Source: Phoronis australis
Taxonomy: Eukaryota; Animalia; Phoronida
Direction: 5' to 3'
Length of the DNA: 64,000 nt
NCBI GenBank assembly: GCA_002633005.1
Contig: NMRA01000039.1
Coordinates: 1,243,095-1,307,094, forward strand
Shown piece after piece: positions 1 through 11,222 of this stretch (the first letter of the stretch is position 1; every line of letters starts with the position of its first letter). Both the position numbers and the translations under genes were made by a program. The notes beneath the pieces are model-generated. The model was not told the origin of the DNA and ran no database searches. It saw nothing but the letters and a program-made list of their open reading frames with translations.

Positions 1-100
1 CATCTGTTTAGCCAGGGTGAGATAGTAATTCTAAAACATAAATATATAGACACTGAGGTTGGACAATAGTGAATTATATCAAATAAACACAGAAAAATCA

Positions 101-177
101 GGAGCCCCAACTGGGAATCGAACCACAAGTCTCTAGATTGCTGGTCTAATGCTCTTACCACTGAGCTACTGAGAACC
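101..177 (-). mobile_element. tRNA-derived SINE head (Pol III A/B boxes)
   Basis: Reverse complement reads GGTTCTCAGTAGCTCAGTGGTAAGAGCATTAGACC...GGTTCGATTCCCAGTTGGGGCTCC, with A box TAGCTCAGTGG and B box GGTTCGATTCC. The cloverleaf is poor, and a decayed relative lies at ~59140-59227 (minus). Confidence 0.6.
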
Positions 178-231
178 CGATATCTGTGTAAGTACTGTTA
201 CATTAAATTTCACAAAGATCATCTAAGCTCT

Positions 232-382
232 CAGGGGCGGATCCAGGATTTTGAGTTGGGGGGGGGGGGGNNNTTAGCCAGGATTTTGCCTGTCAGACAT
301 TTGCACTCCTGAACAGCCAAATGGAATCTGGGAGAATTTGAGGGGCATGGCCCCCTTGGCCCCCCCTCTAAATCCGCCACTA
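232..382 (+). mobile_element. MITE family A (CAGGGGCGGATCC...AAATCCGCCACTR), 5-bp TSD
   Basis: Imperfect TIRs, TSD GCTCT at 227-231 and 383-387. Homologous copies at ~21418-21559 (5'-truncated), 22445-22614, 28402-28554, 38116-38246 and 44138-~44430. Confidence 0.8.
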
Positions 383-554
383 GCTCTATGTACAAATCTG
401 GTATTGACATCCTCCTAACATTCAAATGGCAAACATATCTTGATCCCTGAGTTCAAATAAAGCTAACTGTACAATGTGAACATCACTATTTGACCTAAAA
501 CAACCACTGCAAATAAATTAATCCTGCACTGCCGTCAGTAATAGTCACTGACAA

Positions 555-640
555 ACACAAGGGTCTCGCATTTTGAGAACCAATTTTGCCAATTAAAAAG
601 TGGACATCAAACTGGTTCTCAAAATCTGAGACCCCGGTGT
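555..640. mobile_element. Short hairpin MITE
   Basis: ACACAAGGGTCTCGCATTTTGAGAACCA...TGGTTCTCAAAATCTGAGACCCCGGTGT forms an inverted repeat; a related copy lies at 47018-47096. Confidence 0.55.
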
Positions 641-1665
641 GAACTGTTGGTCTGTTGTCAGTCATGAATTATGACTGCTGTCTACTAGTTGTTACTTTGT
701 AATGCACAAAAGAGTTCAAGGTTATGGACCCTAGAAAAATGTCCAAATTTGATCAAGTTTGGAACATCATATCTCAGAAACAGCCAATCAAATTCATATA
801 AAACTTTCAAATACTGTGCTTTATGCACTGGTCTCCAAACACTCTTCGTTGTTTTTAAAATGTTCCACTTTTGCATGAGGATCCGAAATACATTGTGGTG
901 AGCGGGGGAGCTCAAATTGCCAGGGACCACGGCCTGATTGGCATGGCTATGTAAAAATCAAAAACTTCTTCACATCTAAAAGGCAATTGCTGCTCTCTGT
1001 AGAGTTGTACAGTAAACCTCAGCAATTCTTCACGCACTTAGAGCACAATATGGCTGACAAGTGAAATTTTATTTTGTCACATTTTCCCACAGAAATAAAG
1101 ACTAAAAATTTTACGTGATGATTAGCACGCTGTGTTTCTTAGTCACAGGTATGGGTTGGTACATGGTAAATGTCATAGAACAAAGGCCCCCATGGAAAGG
1201 AGTGAGAACTGATGGGGCTACCCTAATTGAAAATATTACAATAATAAATAAATAAATATTTGGTAATGCTCCTATTATTTGCAGCACAGTAGTCACCCTT
1301 TGAAAAAATGTCAATTTTTGCAAACCTTTTAGTGCTAAATATGTGGAGAATTACCTCAAGTCAGAAGCGCACAAGTTAGAGTTTAAAGGTCAAAGCAGTG
1401 CTAATTACTTCATGGAAAAATCAAAAAACTTCTAATTAGTGGTGGTGAACCTTTCTGTAGAAGCAAGCAACAAACTCAGTTCATAGTTTTATCACGCGCA
1501 ATTAGGAATGCAAACCCAAACAGAAGATGGCACTGGATGAACTCTGAATTGGACTAAGTTGGGCAATACAATCGCTCCAGTTAATGTACTCAGATAAAAT
1601 CATTCCGTTCAGTTGACTCTGACATGTCTGAGGTCTACAGTACAACATTCATCCGCTCTCCTTAC

Positions 1666-1842
1666 AGTCCATTCTTCAAGGAAATGACCAGCCTCTGCTG
1701 GAGGTATGTCCTTGTGTCGTCTGAATTCGGCCTTGACATAGTCGTCGCCAAGTGCACGGCACTCTACTGGAAGTCCCCGATGTACTTTTAAAATGCCTTT
1801 GTAGAGCATCAGTACCATGCGAGCGTGATCAGTTCTTGGCAT
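1666..1842 (-). CDS. SDHAF3: Succinate dehydrogenase assembly factor 3 (ACN9, LYR family), first coding exon; later exon(s) not found in window
   Basis: MPRTDHARMVLMLYKGILKVHRGLPVECRALGDDYVKAEFRRHKDIPPAEAGHFLEEWT matches the SDHAF3 pattern LYK.IL..HR.LP....LGD.YVK.EFRRHK......FL.EW. Phase-0 GTAAG donor at 1665-1661; upstream acceptor TTTTTGTAG ends at 1889. Confidence 0.92.
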
Positions 1843-2967
1843 GGTGCTAAACCAGAAGGTACTGTTGTCACAGCGAGTCACATCTGCACTACAAAAAGAG
1901 ATATGAATAAAATTGAAATTGCCAGAGAGAAGATGGGCCTCATTTCAATAAAAAAGAATAAGCTGTGGACATAATTTTTATAATTTCAATCACAAAGTTG
2001 ACACTGGATAGCACAGGTTACCTACACTTAGATTTTGGGCTTAGTCCTGTGCAACTTTTTTCTTAAGATTAAGAAGGAAACAATGATCTGAGACTGCAAT
2101 ACCTTAGTCGCAGATCCACATTTTTACCACGGCTTGAAGCTTAACCACCTATGGGGGGCCCCTTACAACCAGGAAAGTCCCAGGAAAAGCTGCATAATTA
2201 ATCTAGGCTGTCAAATCACCCCTTAATCGCCTCCCAAGTAGGTCAATGACACTTATAGCTAGTGCCAATATCTTTATGAAACTGGTTTCAAACCACACAT
2301 ACACTGCAACCCACAATGATATGGAGACATTACTGAGGAGGTGGGGCCTCTATTTTGTGGAGAGGAGCTGTGCGAAATGTTAGCAATGATATGGTTAATT
2401 TTATGGGAATTCCAGCAATGAGGCCGTTCGGGTACTGACGCCTGTAAGCTTTTTAGGCTTCTTTAGCTTATAGTAAATCTGTCAATATCATGGTGTAAAA
2501 TAAAGAGTCTTCTCTTGATCAGTCACTTTAGTAGTTGCACTTTGGGAGGCTAGTTCAGATGCTGGACTATTGTGCCAGAGACCCCTATTTGATCCCCGAA
2601 AGGCAGAACCAAGAACCAGTATGTAGTCCTCAGTTTTTCATGGGCATCTTAAAACAAATATCAACCATCTGATCAAATAGAAGATGTCAGTATTGGAGAT
2701 CAATGACCTCTGTTATGTACGATGTAAACAAGAGAAAACTGGAGGGCAATAATAATCTCCCGGACATTTTAATTGTCGAGTGTCAGCTGGCTAGCGTCAA
2801 AATTATACAGCTAGCGTTGCTCTTCACAGACCCTACACAGAGACAGACACTAGTCGCACTTTCCAAACGGTCTCGTCCGGGAATGTGTAGTCGTCCCTCG
2901 CGTCGTAGCATTGCACGCTTTCTAGATCTCAGTATGAGCGTTCACGCTTTTCTCAACCATTTCTTAC

Positions 2968-3050
2968 CATTAAATTGGCTCAATAATTATGGAAGGGCGA
3001 CATCAACAACAACAACCACAGCTGTAGAACTTCTACGTTATACATAAAAC
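2968..3050 (-). other. SDHAF3: Probable non-coding first exon of SDHAF3 (5' end approximate)
   Basis: Strong minus-strand donor ATG|GTAAGA at 2968/2967, next to a CpG-richer segment carrying ETS and CRE motifs. Confidence 0.5.
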
Positions 3051-3170
3051 CGGAAGCAGCTGTTCGACTAGTGACGTCTATCGGGTGGCGGCTTTCTCTG
3101 CTGTGCGTGAACTTGGAATCCTGCTTGATCCCAAGATCGCATATGCGTGAACTTGGAATTAGATTATCAG
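3045..3170. promoter_or_regulatory. Candidate bidirectional promoter (ETS + CRE motifs)
   Basis: CCGGAAG at 3050-3056, GTGACGTC at 3071-3078, exact 16-bp direct repeat TGCGTGAACTTGGAAT at 3104 and 3144. Outward-facing donors on both strands (2967 minus; CAG|GTAACT at 3170/3171 plus). Confidence 0.45.
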
Positions 3171-3315
3171 GTAACTTATGTCAAATAATCGGAGAAATAT
3201 GTGCATAGTTAAATCGATCGTTTGGTGAATAAGGTCGCCACTAGTTCGTACATTTGTAGTTCATAGTGTTTTTACATATTTCCGCTCCTCTTGAGAAATC
3301 ACTGATGTATCTCTT

Positions 3316-3657
3316 CATGCGCGCACCCAGCATAAAAAATAGGGGAGGGGGGGAGGCTCGAATTTTTGAGAAGGTGGATCTTTTACTAAAAACGGGTTAC
3401 GTCTAGGCCTATGAATTGTACCGCAGTTCGCCGAATCCTGCCTTTTTAGTGGACTTTTATATCGTGTTCTACCTTTTCGGACTTTTTGTTTCTCCGTCTG
3501 TGGCGAACCATTTTGCCCCCTTCGCCAAATGGGGGGGGGGAGGGGGCTGGGTGCGCTCGGTCAGCGATGTGTCGTCTCGCCTCCGGAAGCCTACCCAGGT
3601 CAATCTATTTTTTCTCAGTTCGTGTGGACTAATCCGATATTTCCTATAGCGCGCGTG
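3316..3657 (+). mobile_element. MITE family B (CATGCGCGCACCCA...TGGGTGCGCGCATG)
   Basis: Imperfect TIRs, near-match 5-bp flanks CTCTT/ATCTT. Related copies at 36414-36674 (inverted), ~39141-39325 and 44194-44334. Confidence 0.65.
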
Positions 3658-6600
3658 ATCTTTACCAGTCTGCCAGTCTGTAGTATATGTAACATGATGT
3701 AACTTAAAATAGGTCCATTGCAATTATCCAACACATATTGCTTGCCGTATCATGTATTTGCAGATATGGTTGGTATTCTCTCCATGCCTTCCTCCCTCCA
3801 TCCTCAGTCCCCCCCCCCNNNNNNNNNNNNNNNNNCGGCCTCGGCACAGTGAAGGTTCGCCAAGAATCGGTAGCCCAGGTTAGTGTTGAAAGGCCCAAAA
3901 CATACTGTGTATCCCATTCAAAATTCACCGCCTATTACAAGCATAGCTGACTTGATTCGGCGGTTACCCTATAAATAGACAAGTAATACTGAAAGAGCAT
4001 TTACTGTTAAAGCATTGATTTGAAACTCGCGAAGCCAAGACTAAACGATAACTAAGGTCACGGGCCAAAATGACTAACAGCAACTTCTTTACCAGTCCAA
4101 AATCGCTCAATTCTATTCCAAATAAGGAACTAATTGAGACCAAAGGTAAGTTCAGTGATCTAATTCCTGAACTAATCACCCTCAAGGGACTCCACCGTAT
4201 TTGATGCCACCCACGACCCAGTCCAAACTTAGTTGAAACACGACAATGCAATTAAACTGAAAGATTTACATTTTGATTTTTAAACATATATTCAAGAAAT
4301 CTTTTGACCTACGTCTAACCTTTTTATGTATCGCCTAGTAAACCATCACAAAAAGTATAGTCGTGAACCTTGATTTACACTGTCCTTAGCACCTAATCAG
4401 GGATTTGAAACCTGTGACAGGTTTACATCAAAAGATTTGAAGTTCACTAAAACCGTCACACTGACCATATTGTTAACTAAGACTTTAAAGAAACAAGCAA
4501 ATGCTCCTTTGAACCATTGTTTAGATACAAGGCACACAAAAGTGCTTGTCACGGCGAGTCATTCTATCCACTGAGCATGATCTCACGGAATGGTGAAGTG
4601 TAAACTCGTCTCATCCGAATAAAAAAGAATTTGAGACAAATTATACATCGACAAGGACTGATTGACGCGAGTTTATGGCCACTTTCATAGTAAAACAACA
4701 GAATTGTTTCCACTTCGGCAGGTATGCCGCAAATATAAAATGACTGCGCGTGCACCAGTCAAACCATTACAAAATTAAAGATGCATAGACTCGTTAAATT
4801 GTGAATATGCAAATGAAGTACTAATTTACAAACAACCTCGGGTCCTCTAGCGTGCCGGAAACCATCCGAGAACCAGTTACCATTACAATTTCGCGAAAGT
4901 CTCATTTTCGAGACTAGTTTTATGTAAATCAAAGCCGGTCTCTGTGTAAATGAGCATGTTAATATTTCATTGTTACTCTAATGAAACAAAGCACAGTTTT
5001 TATTATTTATTTATTTCACTATGAAATAACGATTGCGTAATATTTGAAATTATTAGTTTTTTATATGTTAATATTTTAAGTGTATCAGTTGTAGTGTTTT
5101 TTAAAACCTCAATTTATTTACTTTTTTCTGATTATACTTATACTCACAGTTCTCCAGGAAGTCACTAGGTGGCGCTTGCTATATATTTGAATATTCACGG
5201 TTTTAATGAGGCATAGCTATTTTAATAGACATACATTTCAGGTAACTTTACGTACACAAAAATGTTTTTGATATGAGTTTGTGTTCGTTATTGTGTGATA
5301 ATGACACCCCTAGCCAGTCTCAGATTAAGGTCTCTCGGCATTCCCAAGTCCGAGAGCCCCGGTCATTTGAGTAGCCTCACTCGGTCGCAACCCCTATTGC
5401 CGAATGTTACCAAATTAAAAAGGCAGAACCACTGTGACTGCGAGGTGGAGTTTCACTACATCGAAGGACGTGATCAACAGTGATCTATGAATTATTCACG
5501 TAGTAGGTTTACATTTGCAAGTTTAATTCCAGCTTTAATTCTAACAACTGCCAAATATTAAAAAATGCGGCACATACGCCCCTAATGATATCATGCATGT
5601 AAACAAGAACCATGTGAAAGAACGCACGTTTGCGAAGCCATTATCATGCTTCGTCATCGAAGAGCAAAATGGAAAAGAAATTATGTGAGAAATTTCTGAA
5701 TGTGGTTTGCACACGCAAAATCACGAAACAAGCGCGTGATGTTTAATTGTTCATTCTGAAACGCAAAAGGTTAGTCATTGTTTTTGAGAAATTAAAGAAG
5801 AGTGCAAACCGTTATCGAAAAATAAGGTAAAACTAATTCTTGATTGATTTTACATTTTATCTTGATGTTTTTCATACTGAAATGAAACGAAGCTCAGTTT
5901 TTCTATTCATTTTAATACTTATTGCCAAATTTAAGTTTTGTAGATTTGTACTTCCATAAATGAGAAACTAAAGCCTGTAATCTTTTCTAAGTTTATTTTA
6001 TATCCGATTCAGGAGTTCAAACAATGAAGAATAATAGAGACGATTGCTTCCGATCAAAATAACAAAAACATGTACAAGGAAAGCAACAAAGAAATACGAA
6101 CAAATAGATGACATAATTCATAATTTATACAGTTACAGTTACATCTGGTACGAGGCCACGTTTCATCGGAAGGCATATGTACAAAAGGACAATGTTGCAG
6201 GCATTATAATTACTTCACTCACAGATTTTCAAAATGTTTCGAAGGGCTTTTCAAATTCAGGAAGGCAGGAGGCCGCTGACTGTGCTTAGGCTGTACTGGA
6301 ATTACTCCGCCGGTTCAGCCAGGTTAATCGGCACATGATTGGTTTTTAAGTCGGAAGCCGTAACTGATAACCAATCAGATACGTCGTAGTCTGTTGTCCC
6401 GGCTGAACGGGTAAATTGAATCATGTGTAGCCTTTAGTTATGTTGCCACAGTAAGATTTGTGGGAAACAGTTTGCTCTGAGTGAAATAGGAAAATACAGA
6501 TATGTGAACTCGAACTCGAATTCCAACTTATCTTTGATATTTTCTGTTCTACATCTACTCCAGTAGGAATTGAAATTGTACTTTAATTTTGGTCTCGAGT

Positions 6601-7098
6601 ACATTGTGATTTGCACAGGGCCCTGTTGCATGAAAGTTTTACGCTGGATAGCAACAATGACGTCGCATTATCACACGTCACGTTACTATTATTGAAGGAT
6701 GCGCGTATAAGTTTTGAAGTTTCGTACAACCGACCTCAAATGAGTTTATAATCCAAGTTCGCACTTGATGGCCCTAGAATAAAAACTACAAGTTCGAGAA
6801 TTTGAACTCGACCGCTAACGTAGGTAATGTACTGATTGATTTCGAGCTTAGAAAATAGATTTTGGACCTTAGAGTCTTTACTTTGAAAAGGGTTTTACTT
6901 TGAAAAGGTCACTTTACCTTTTCCATATCGTGGAGCTGCATGAATGTAAACCTTCTTTTTCGCCTTTTTCTAGCTTCAGTCCCATAGTCAACCACGTTGG
7001 AGATTGTGTAGGATTTTTGGTAGCATCCATCAACAGCACTTTAAGCCTTTCACCACCTTGCGTTCGCAGCTCAATTTCTAGTTTCTGCGGTTTAGACA

Positions 7099-7828
7099 AT
7101 GACGACATCTACAGTTTCTCCGAACTGGTTCGAGAGCCACGAAAATGCTAGTTTAATATCGATTGAAAATATGGACGAGCTGGAACATGATATTCAGGAA
7201 TTGGTTAGCAAAGTCATTCGAAATGTCACTATTGAGTGCGCGCGCCATTTTGAAAATGCGTCGAAGACTCTCGATTCGAACAGTGGCGATTTTTACGTTC
7301 AAGAAAAAGGCGACTGGCAGCACAGAGCGGTTACACGTGACGATATATTTTTGGGATGCGACCCTGAGCAGTCGTTTGAGTCAGGAGACCATTTGCAGAC
7401 GAAAAGCGAACCATGCACGCCGTCAGAAAGTAAACGTAAACAAAAGAAAGACCTCAACAAGAGTACATCGGTTTTACCCGACTATCAGCCGTCATCCTCT
7501 AAAGCAGGAAATGGTCGCACAGATTGCTCAAACAGTATTTCGGAGTCGAGCATCGAAAGCGCGCGAGCTCGCCACTACGTTCGCATAAGCCCACGCCGTA
7601 AAGACCAGTCAACGCCAACTTCCCCAAGAAGCACTGCCCACGTTGAAGAAGGGGTCGCCGAAATCAGTAGATTGATGCAGAACGCTGCTAGTTTCGGGTT
7701 TACGAGAGGCCAAGCGCAAGAGAGTGTACCGTCAACGTCTGAGATACCGAGCTACATTCGCCTTCACGATTTGCCACGGGAGGAGAAGCTGAAACAATTC
7801 TCCAAAGACTATTACATATTTCCTATTG
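7099..7828 (+). CDS. Uncharacterised multi-exon protein, coding exon 1 (Ser-rich/disordered)
   Basis: Long ORF from ATG 7099 with phase-1 donor G|GTGAGA at 7828/7829. Model join(7099-7828,8582-8704,9005-9233,10187-10308,13940-14028) is 1293 nt, an open 431-aa frame with GT-AG at every junction. Confidence 0.7.
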
Positions 7829-8581
7829 GTGAGAAGTTTTCTTCTTTTGGAAAACCACCAGAAATACGACAAAAAAATTTAAACGAGTTTTGACTTGTAG
7901 ACGTGCAACTTTTGATTCTCGAATACAGGTAGGTAGCGGCATGTACACAATTCAACATTCAACGCGAAGTGCTAAAACAGTGCTTTGACAATATCTGAGG
8001 TTCGTTACACAACTGTATATTTTTTACCGTGTACAACCAACTGCCTCGCACTCCCAACGCCCTACTCCTTCTATAACTCTTCACCAGTGCCTTTGCAAGT
8101 CACTTTGTCAATCTTGGAATTGTTGTTTGTCGGGCTGTACATTTTATTGAAAGTATTCTAAACTCTCTTTTTGTGATTTCAGCCAACCCTCTTTGTATAT
8201 TTCGCTCACCTGAGTGATGGGAGCAATATTCAGCTACCAGCACTTACTCACAGTTTCATAAAATGGATGATGTGTTTTTAGTGGCTGGTCTTTCCCCATA
8301 GTTGTCGTGAAACTTGCCTAAAGCGTCAGTCACACTTTCCAGTTTTGCATTTTGCAATGAGTTTCCAAGTCTGTTCTGAGCTTTGAGGGTTGTCTATGGT
8401 AACATAGCATTATTTTATTTGGGGAGTTAGATGAGGAAGTCTTTGTTGATGTCTGTTAGTTTAGGCTAAAATAAGATTCATTATCCTTTTAACATGAGCT
8501 GTTGCCGACAGAAAATGTTTGCGACATAGACTTTACAGTACAGAGTTCGACTTTGTCTCTTTTACCATAATTTTCCCGCAG

Positions 8582-8704
8582 CTACTATAAAAGACATGAC
8601 TCCTTTCATCCGGGATACCGAGCAGTACAGCGGTCGGTTGCCCTACCAGACGACCGAATTGACTTCCGTCCGCGATTTGATTGCAGCAGGTGTCAAAACG
8701 ACAG
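8582..8704 (+). CDS. Uncharacterised protein, internal exon
   Basis: TTTTCCCGCAG acceptor, AG|GTAACT donor; phase 1/1; TIKDMTPFIRDTEQYSGRLPYQTTELTSVRDLIAAGVKTT. Confidence 0.65.
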
Positions 8705-9004
8705 GTAACTTATCTTATGATTAGACCGAACATAGGCTTCATTAAAGTTTTTGACAGGATAAAGTAAACCGTCAAATACATTGCAATTCGATCTGGTGGT
8801 GCAGTCTACATATTATGCTAGTAAAAAAAAAAAACAATAAAAAGCGTCGGACGCTAATTTCGACAAAAGTGTGGTCAAAATTGTTAGGAACGCCGACATA
8901 CAAGCGCCATAAGTTATAATTCCGACGGAGGCTATGAAATGACGTGCAGTGTACGTTGTTTATAATAAAAATGAACCGACGTCGTTGCTTATGTCTACTT
9001 GAAG

Positions 9005-9233
9005 AAGGGGAAATAGATCGAATGCGCAACCCAAAATCCACCTCGCCCGACGTACCGAAGAAACCAAGTGGCAAGCAGAGAAAAAGCAGAAAAGAGGAGC
9101 GGCGGAAACAGTCGAAGAAAGTCGACGGCGACGCGCCGAAGAAAGCCGCGGCGAAAAGTTTGGACGTCTTCGGCGTGCGAGATCCACGCGGCGAGTACGC
9201 GGAGATGTTCATGATTCCTGTCCATAAATATTT
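9005..9233 (+). CDS. Uncharacterised protein, Lys/Arg-rich exon
   Basis: GEIDRMRNPKSTSPDVPKKPSGKQRKSRKEERRKQSKK...FMIPVHKY; TT|GTAAGT donor, phase 2. The acceptor could alternatively give a start at 9008 (tandem AG). Confidence 0.65.
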
Positions 9234-10186
9234 GTAAGTGAGATGGTAGACCCAACAGCACACAGTAGCTGCTATGATACAGCTTTCACATGCTGTCCGA
9301 TGAGAAGTCTATATGACGTGAAAGCTCGTCAAACGTCTGATCAGCCTTGTACTTTATTCTCCGCCCTTAATCCGATGGTATTGTTGCCTTCTTAATACCG
9401 TTAGAAGGCTACATTCCAACGTCATAATCTGTGGTTAGGCTATCTTCCTCCATGATCATTGCACGTAATTGGTCAGAATGTTAATAAAATGCTGTGCTAA
9501 TTAGTCATGACTACAGATAGGTGGCCAATGAAAACGTCCTTTCTAAGCGGCTGGTCTGCTTTCTGGTCAGAATTTCAGTTCTGCCTTCTCGTTAAATTTC
9601 AAACTGTGAAGGCGGTGTTAGTACCACTAATCATGATCTCTTCAGTTTAGGTAAAGAATGGCAACGTGCAACCATGTCGAGCATAGGTGCTGGAAATTAG
9701 TTTTTGTTGTTTGAGAGCAGCATTTACGGCCCACAGGCTTGAACGGATACGATGCTTTTTTAACAGGTCTCATAAATTTTGTTTCCTATATTTGTCATCG
9801 GTGAAGAGTGTAGGAAATTGAATATTGGATAAGAAATGTCCATAGTCAACCAAAAAGTACATTTATGGATTACTGCCTCAAAAATGACGTCACACCCAGG
9901 AATCTACTCATTCCGCTTCATGAAGTGATTTTAACGCAAATTATGAGCTCAGTCAGTCGAAACTTAAGCTCAAATAATGCTCATTCAACAAAACTAGAAA
10001 TATTTTAAAACTTAACGAAATCTAACATGACTAGTTTGCACCACCACCAAAAAAATGACTGCCGTAGTGAGTGATACCTGACTTTACCGGCATTATGAAT
10101 ACTCACTCAACTAACACCATGTCTAATGAGGCTCCGCCGAATGCCCGACCACTTCCTAAACTCATGCGGTTGTATTTTCATCCCAG

Positions 10187-10308
10187 GACCGTTCTGTCAG
10201 AACACATGTCCACGTACAAGAAGGATTTGCACAACTTCTACAACGCTCAAATGGAGAACCTCGAGACGTCGAATCTAAATTACCTGAAAGAATTTCTCAA
10301 GAAAAGCA
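10187..10308 (+). CDS. Uncharacterised protein, internal exon
   Basis: TTTTCATCCCAG acceptor, A|GTGAGT donor; TVLSEHMSTYKKDLHNFYNAQMENLETSNLNYLKEFLKKS; phases match both neighbours. Confidence 0.65.
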
Positions 10309-10814
10309 GTGAGTGCGTTAATAAATTGAAGTCTAGACAGATCCCCCTACTGTGCTGCCTCCTCTCGGCGAGACTCGCATGCATAATTTATGTAGTGTGT
10401 TAGGCTCGACCGCAACAAAATGTGGTTATCTCTAACCCGGGATGGGGTGTAGGGTTAACGTAACCGACCTCATTACCAACGGTCACACTACGCCATTCAA
10501 ATACATTTTAAAATGCTAAGTTCTTTAATCCATGAAACCACATATATTTAGAACCACTGGTGAGCACAGAAACAAGTCACGGGTCAAAAATGATGGTCGA
10601 ACGTTTGCAGTCGCTAGTCTTTTCTAAAAAGTATCATTTTACGGATATAATGATAACTTTCGTAGTACAATAATATCGAAGCGTCATTTGTTTGCTGCAC
10701 CCTAACGTCGTTTTTGTTTTCCATTTCTTGCTTCTGATTTGACCAAAAACTAACATTAACTGTAACTTCCGAAACATGACTTCCACAGGAAACTTGCAAA
10801 ATCATGTTCATTAA

Positions 10815-11222
10815 CCGAGGTCGAATCTTTGTAGTCGAAAACGAACTCGAAATTATTTTCGGCATTTTCCGTTCTGATTTTGTGCGAACTCAAGATAAGT
10901 GTCTATTAGGCTGTGCTCGAGTACATTATGATTTACGCAGACGAGATTCTAGTCCAAGTTCCGACTTGATGACCTCTAAATTCGAGCTAGTACAAACTTC
11001 AGTAAAAACTTGAGATTTCTAGTTAAGACTTCAATTTCTAATCTCAATGCTGGGGTCATTAAGTGCAAACTAGGATTTGATAGTTATTCATGTAGGCCAT
11101 TATGTAGGCCTACTCGAGCATAGAATAGACACTTATCTTGAATTCACTAAGAAGTAGAATAGAAAACGCCAAAAATAATTTGAAGTTAGATTACGACTAA
11201 AAAGTTTATCCCGTGGGCCTGG
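10815..11222. mobile_element. Harbinger-like MITE, degenerate copy (ends approximate)
   Basis: Internal inverted repeats (ACTCAAGATAAGTGTCTATT / AATAGACACTTATCTTGA); homologous in opposite orientation to 28877-29201. Confidence 0.55.

Noticed and set aside
101-177. tRNA gene
   Set aside because: A and B boxes are present but the stems pair poorly, and decayed relatives occur elsewhere in the window; a SINE head fits better.
7829-7893. Single-exon 264-aa protein from ORF 7099-7893
   Set aside because: A good donor at 7829 and phase-compatible downstream exons suggest the last 21 codons are intron read-through.
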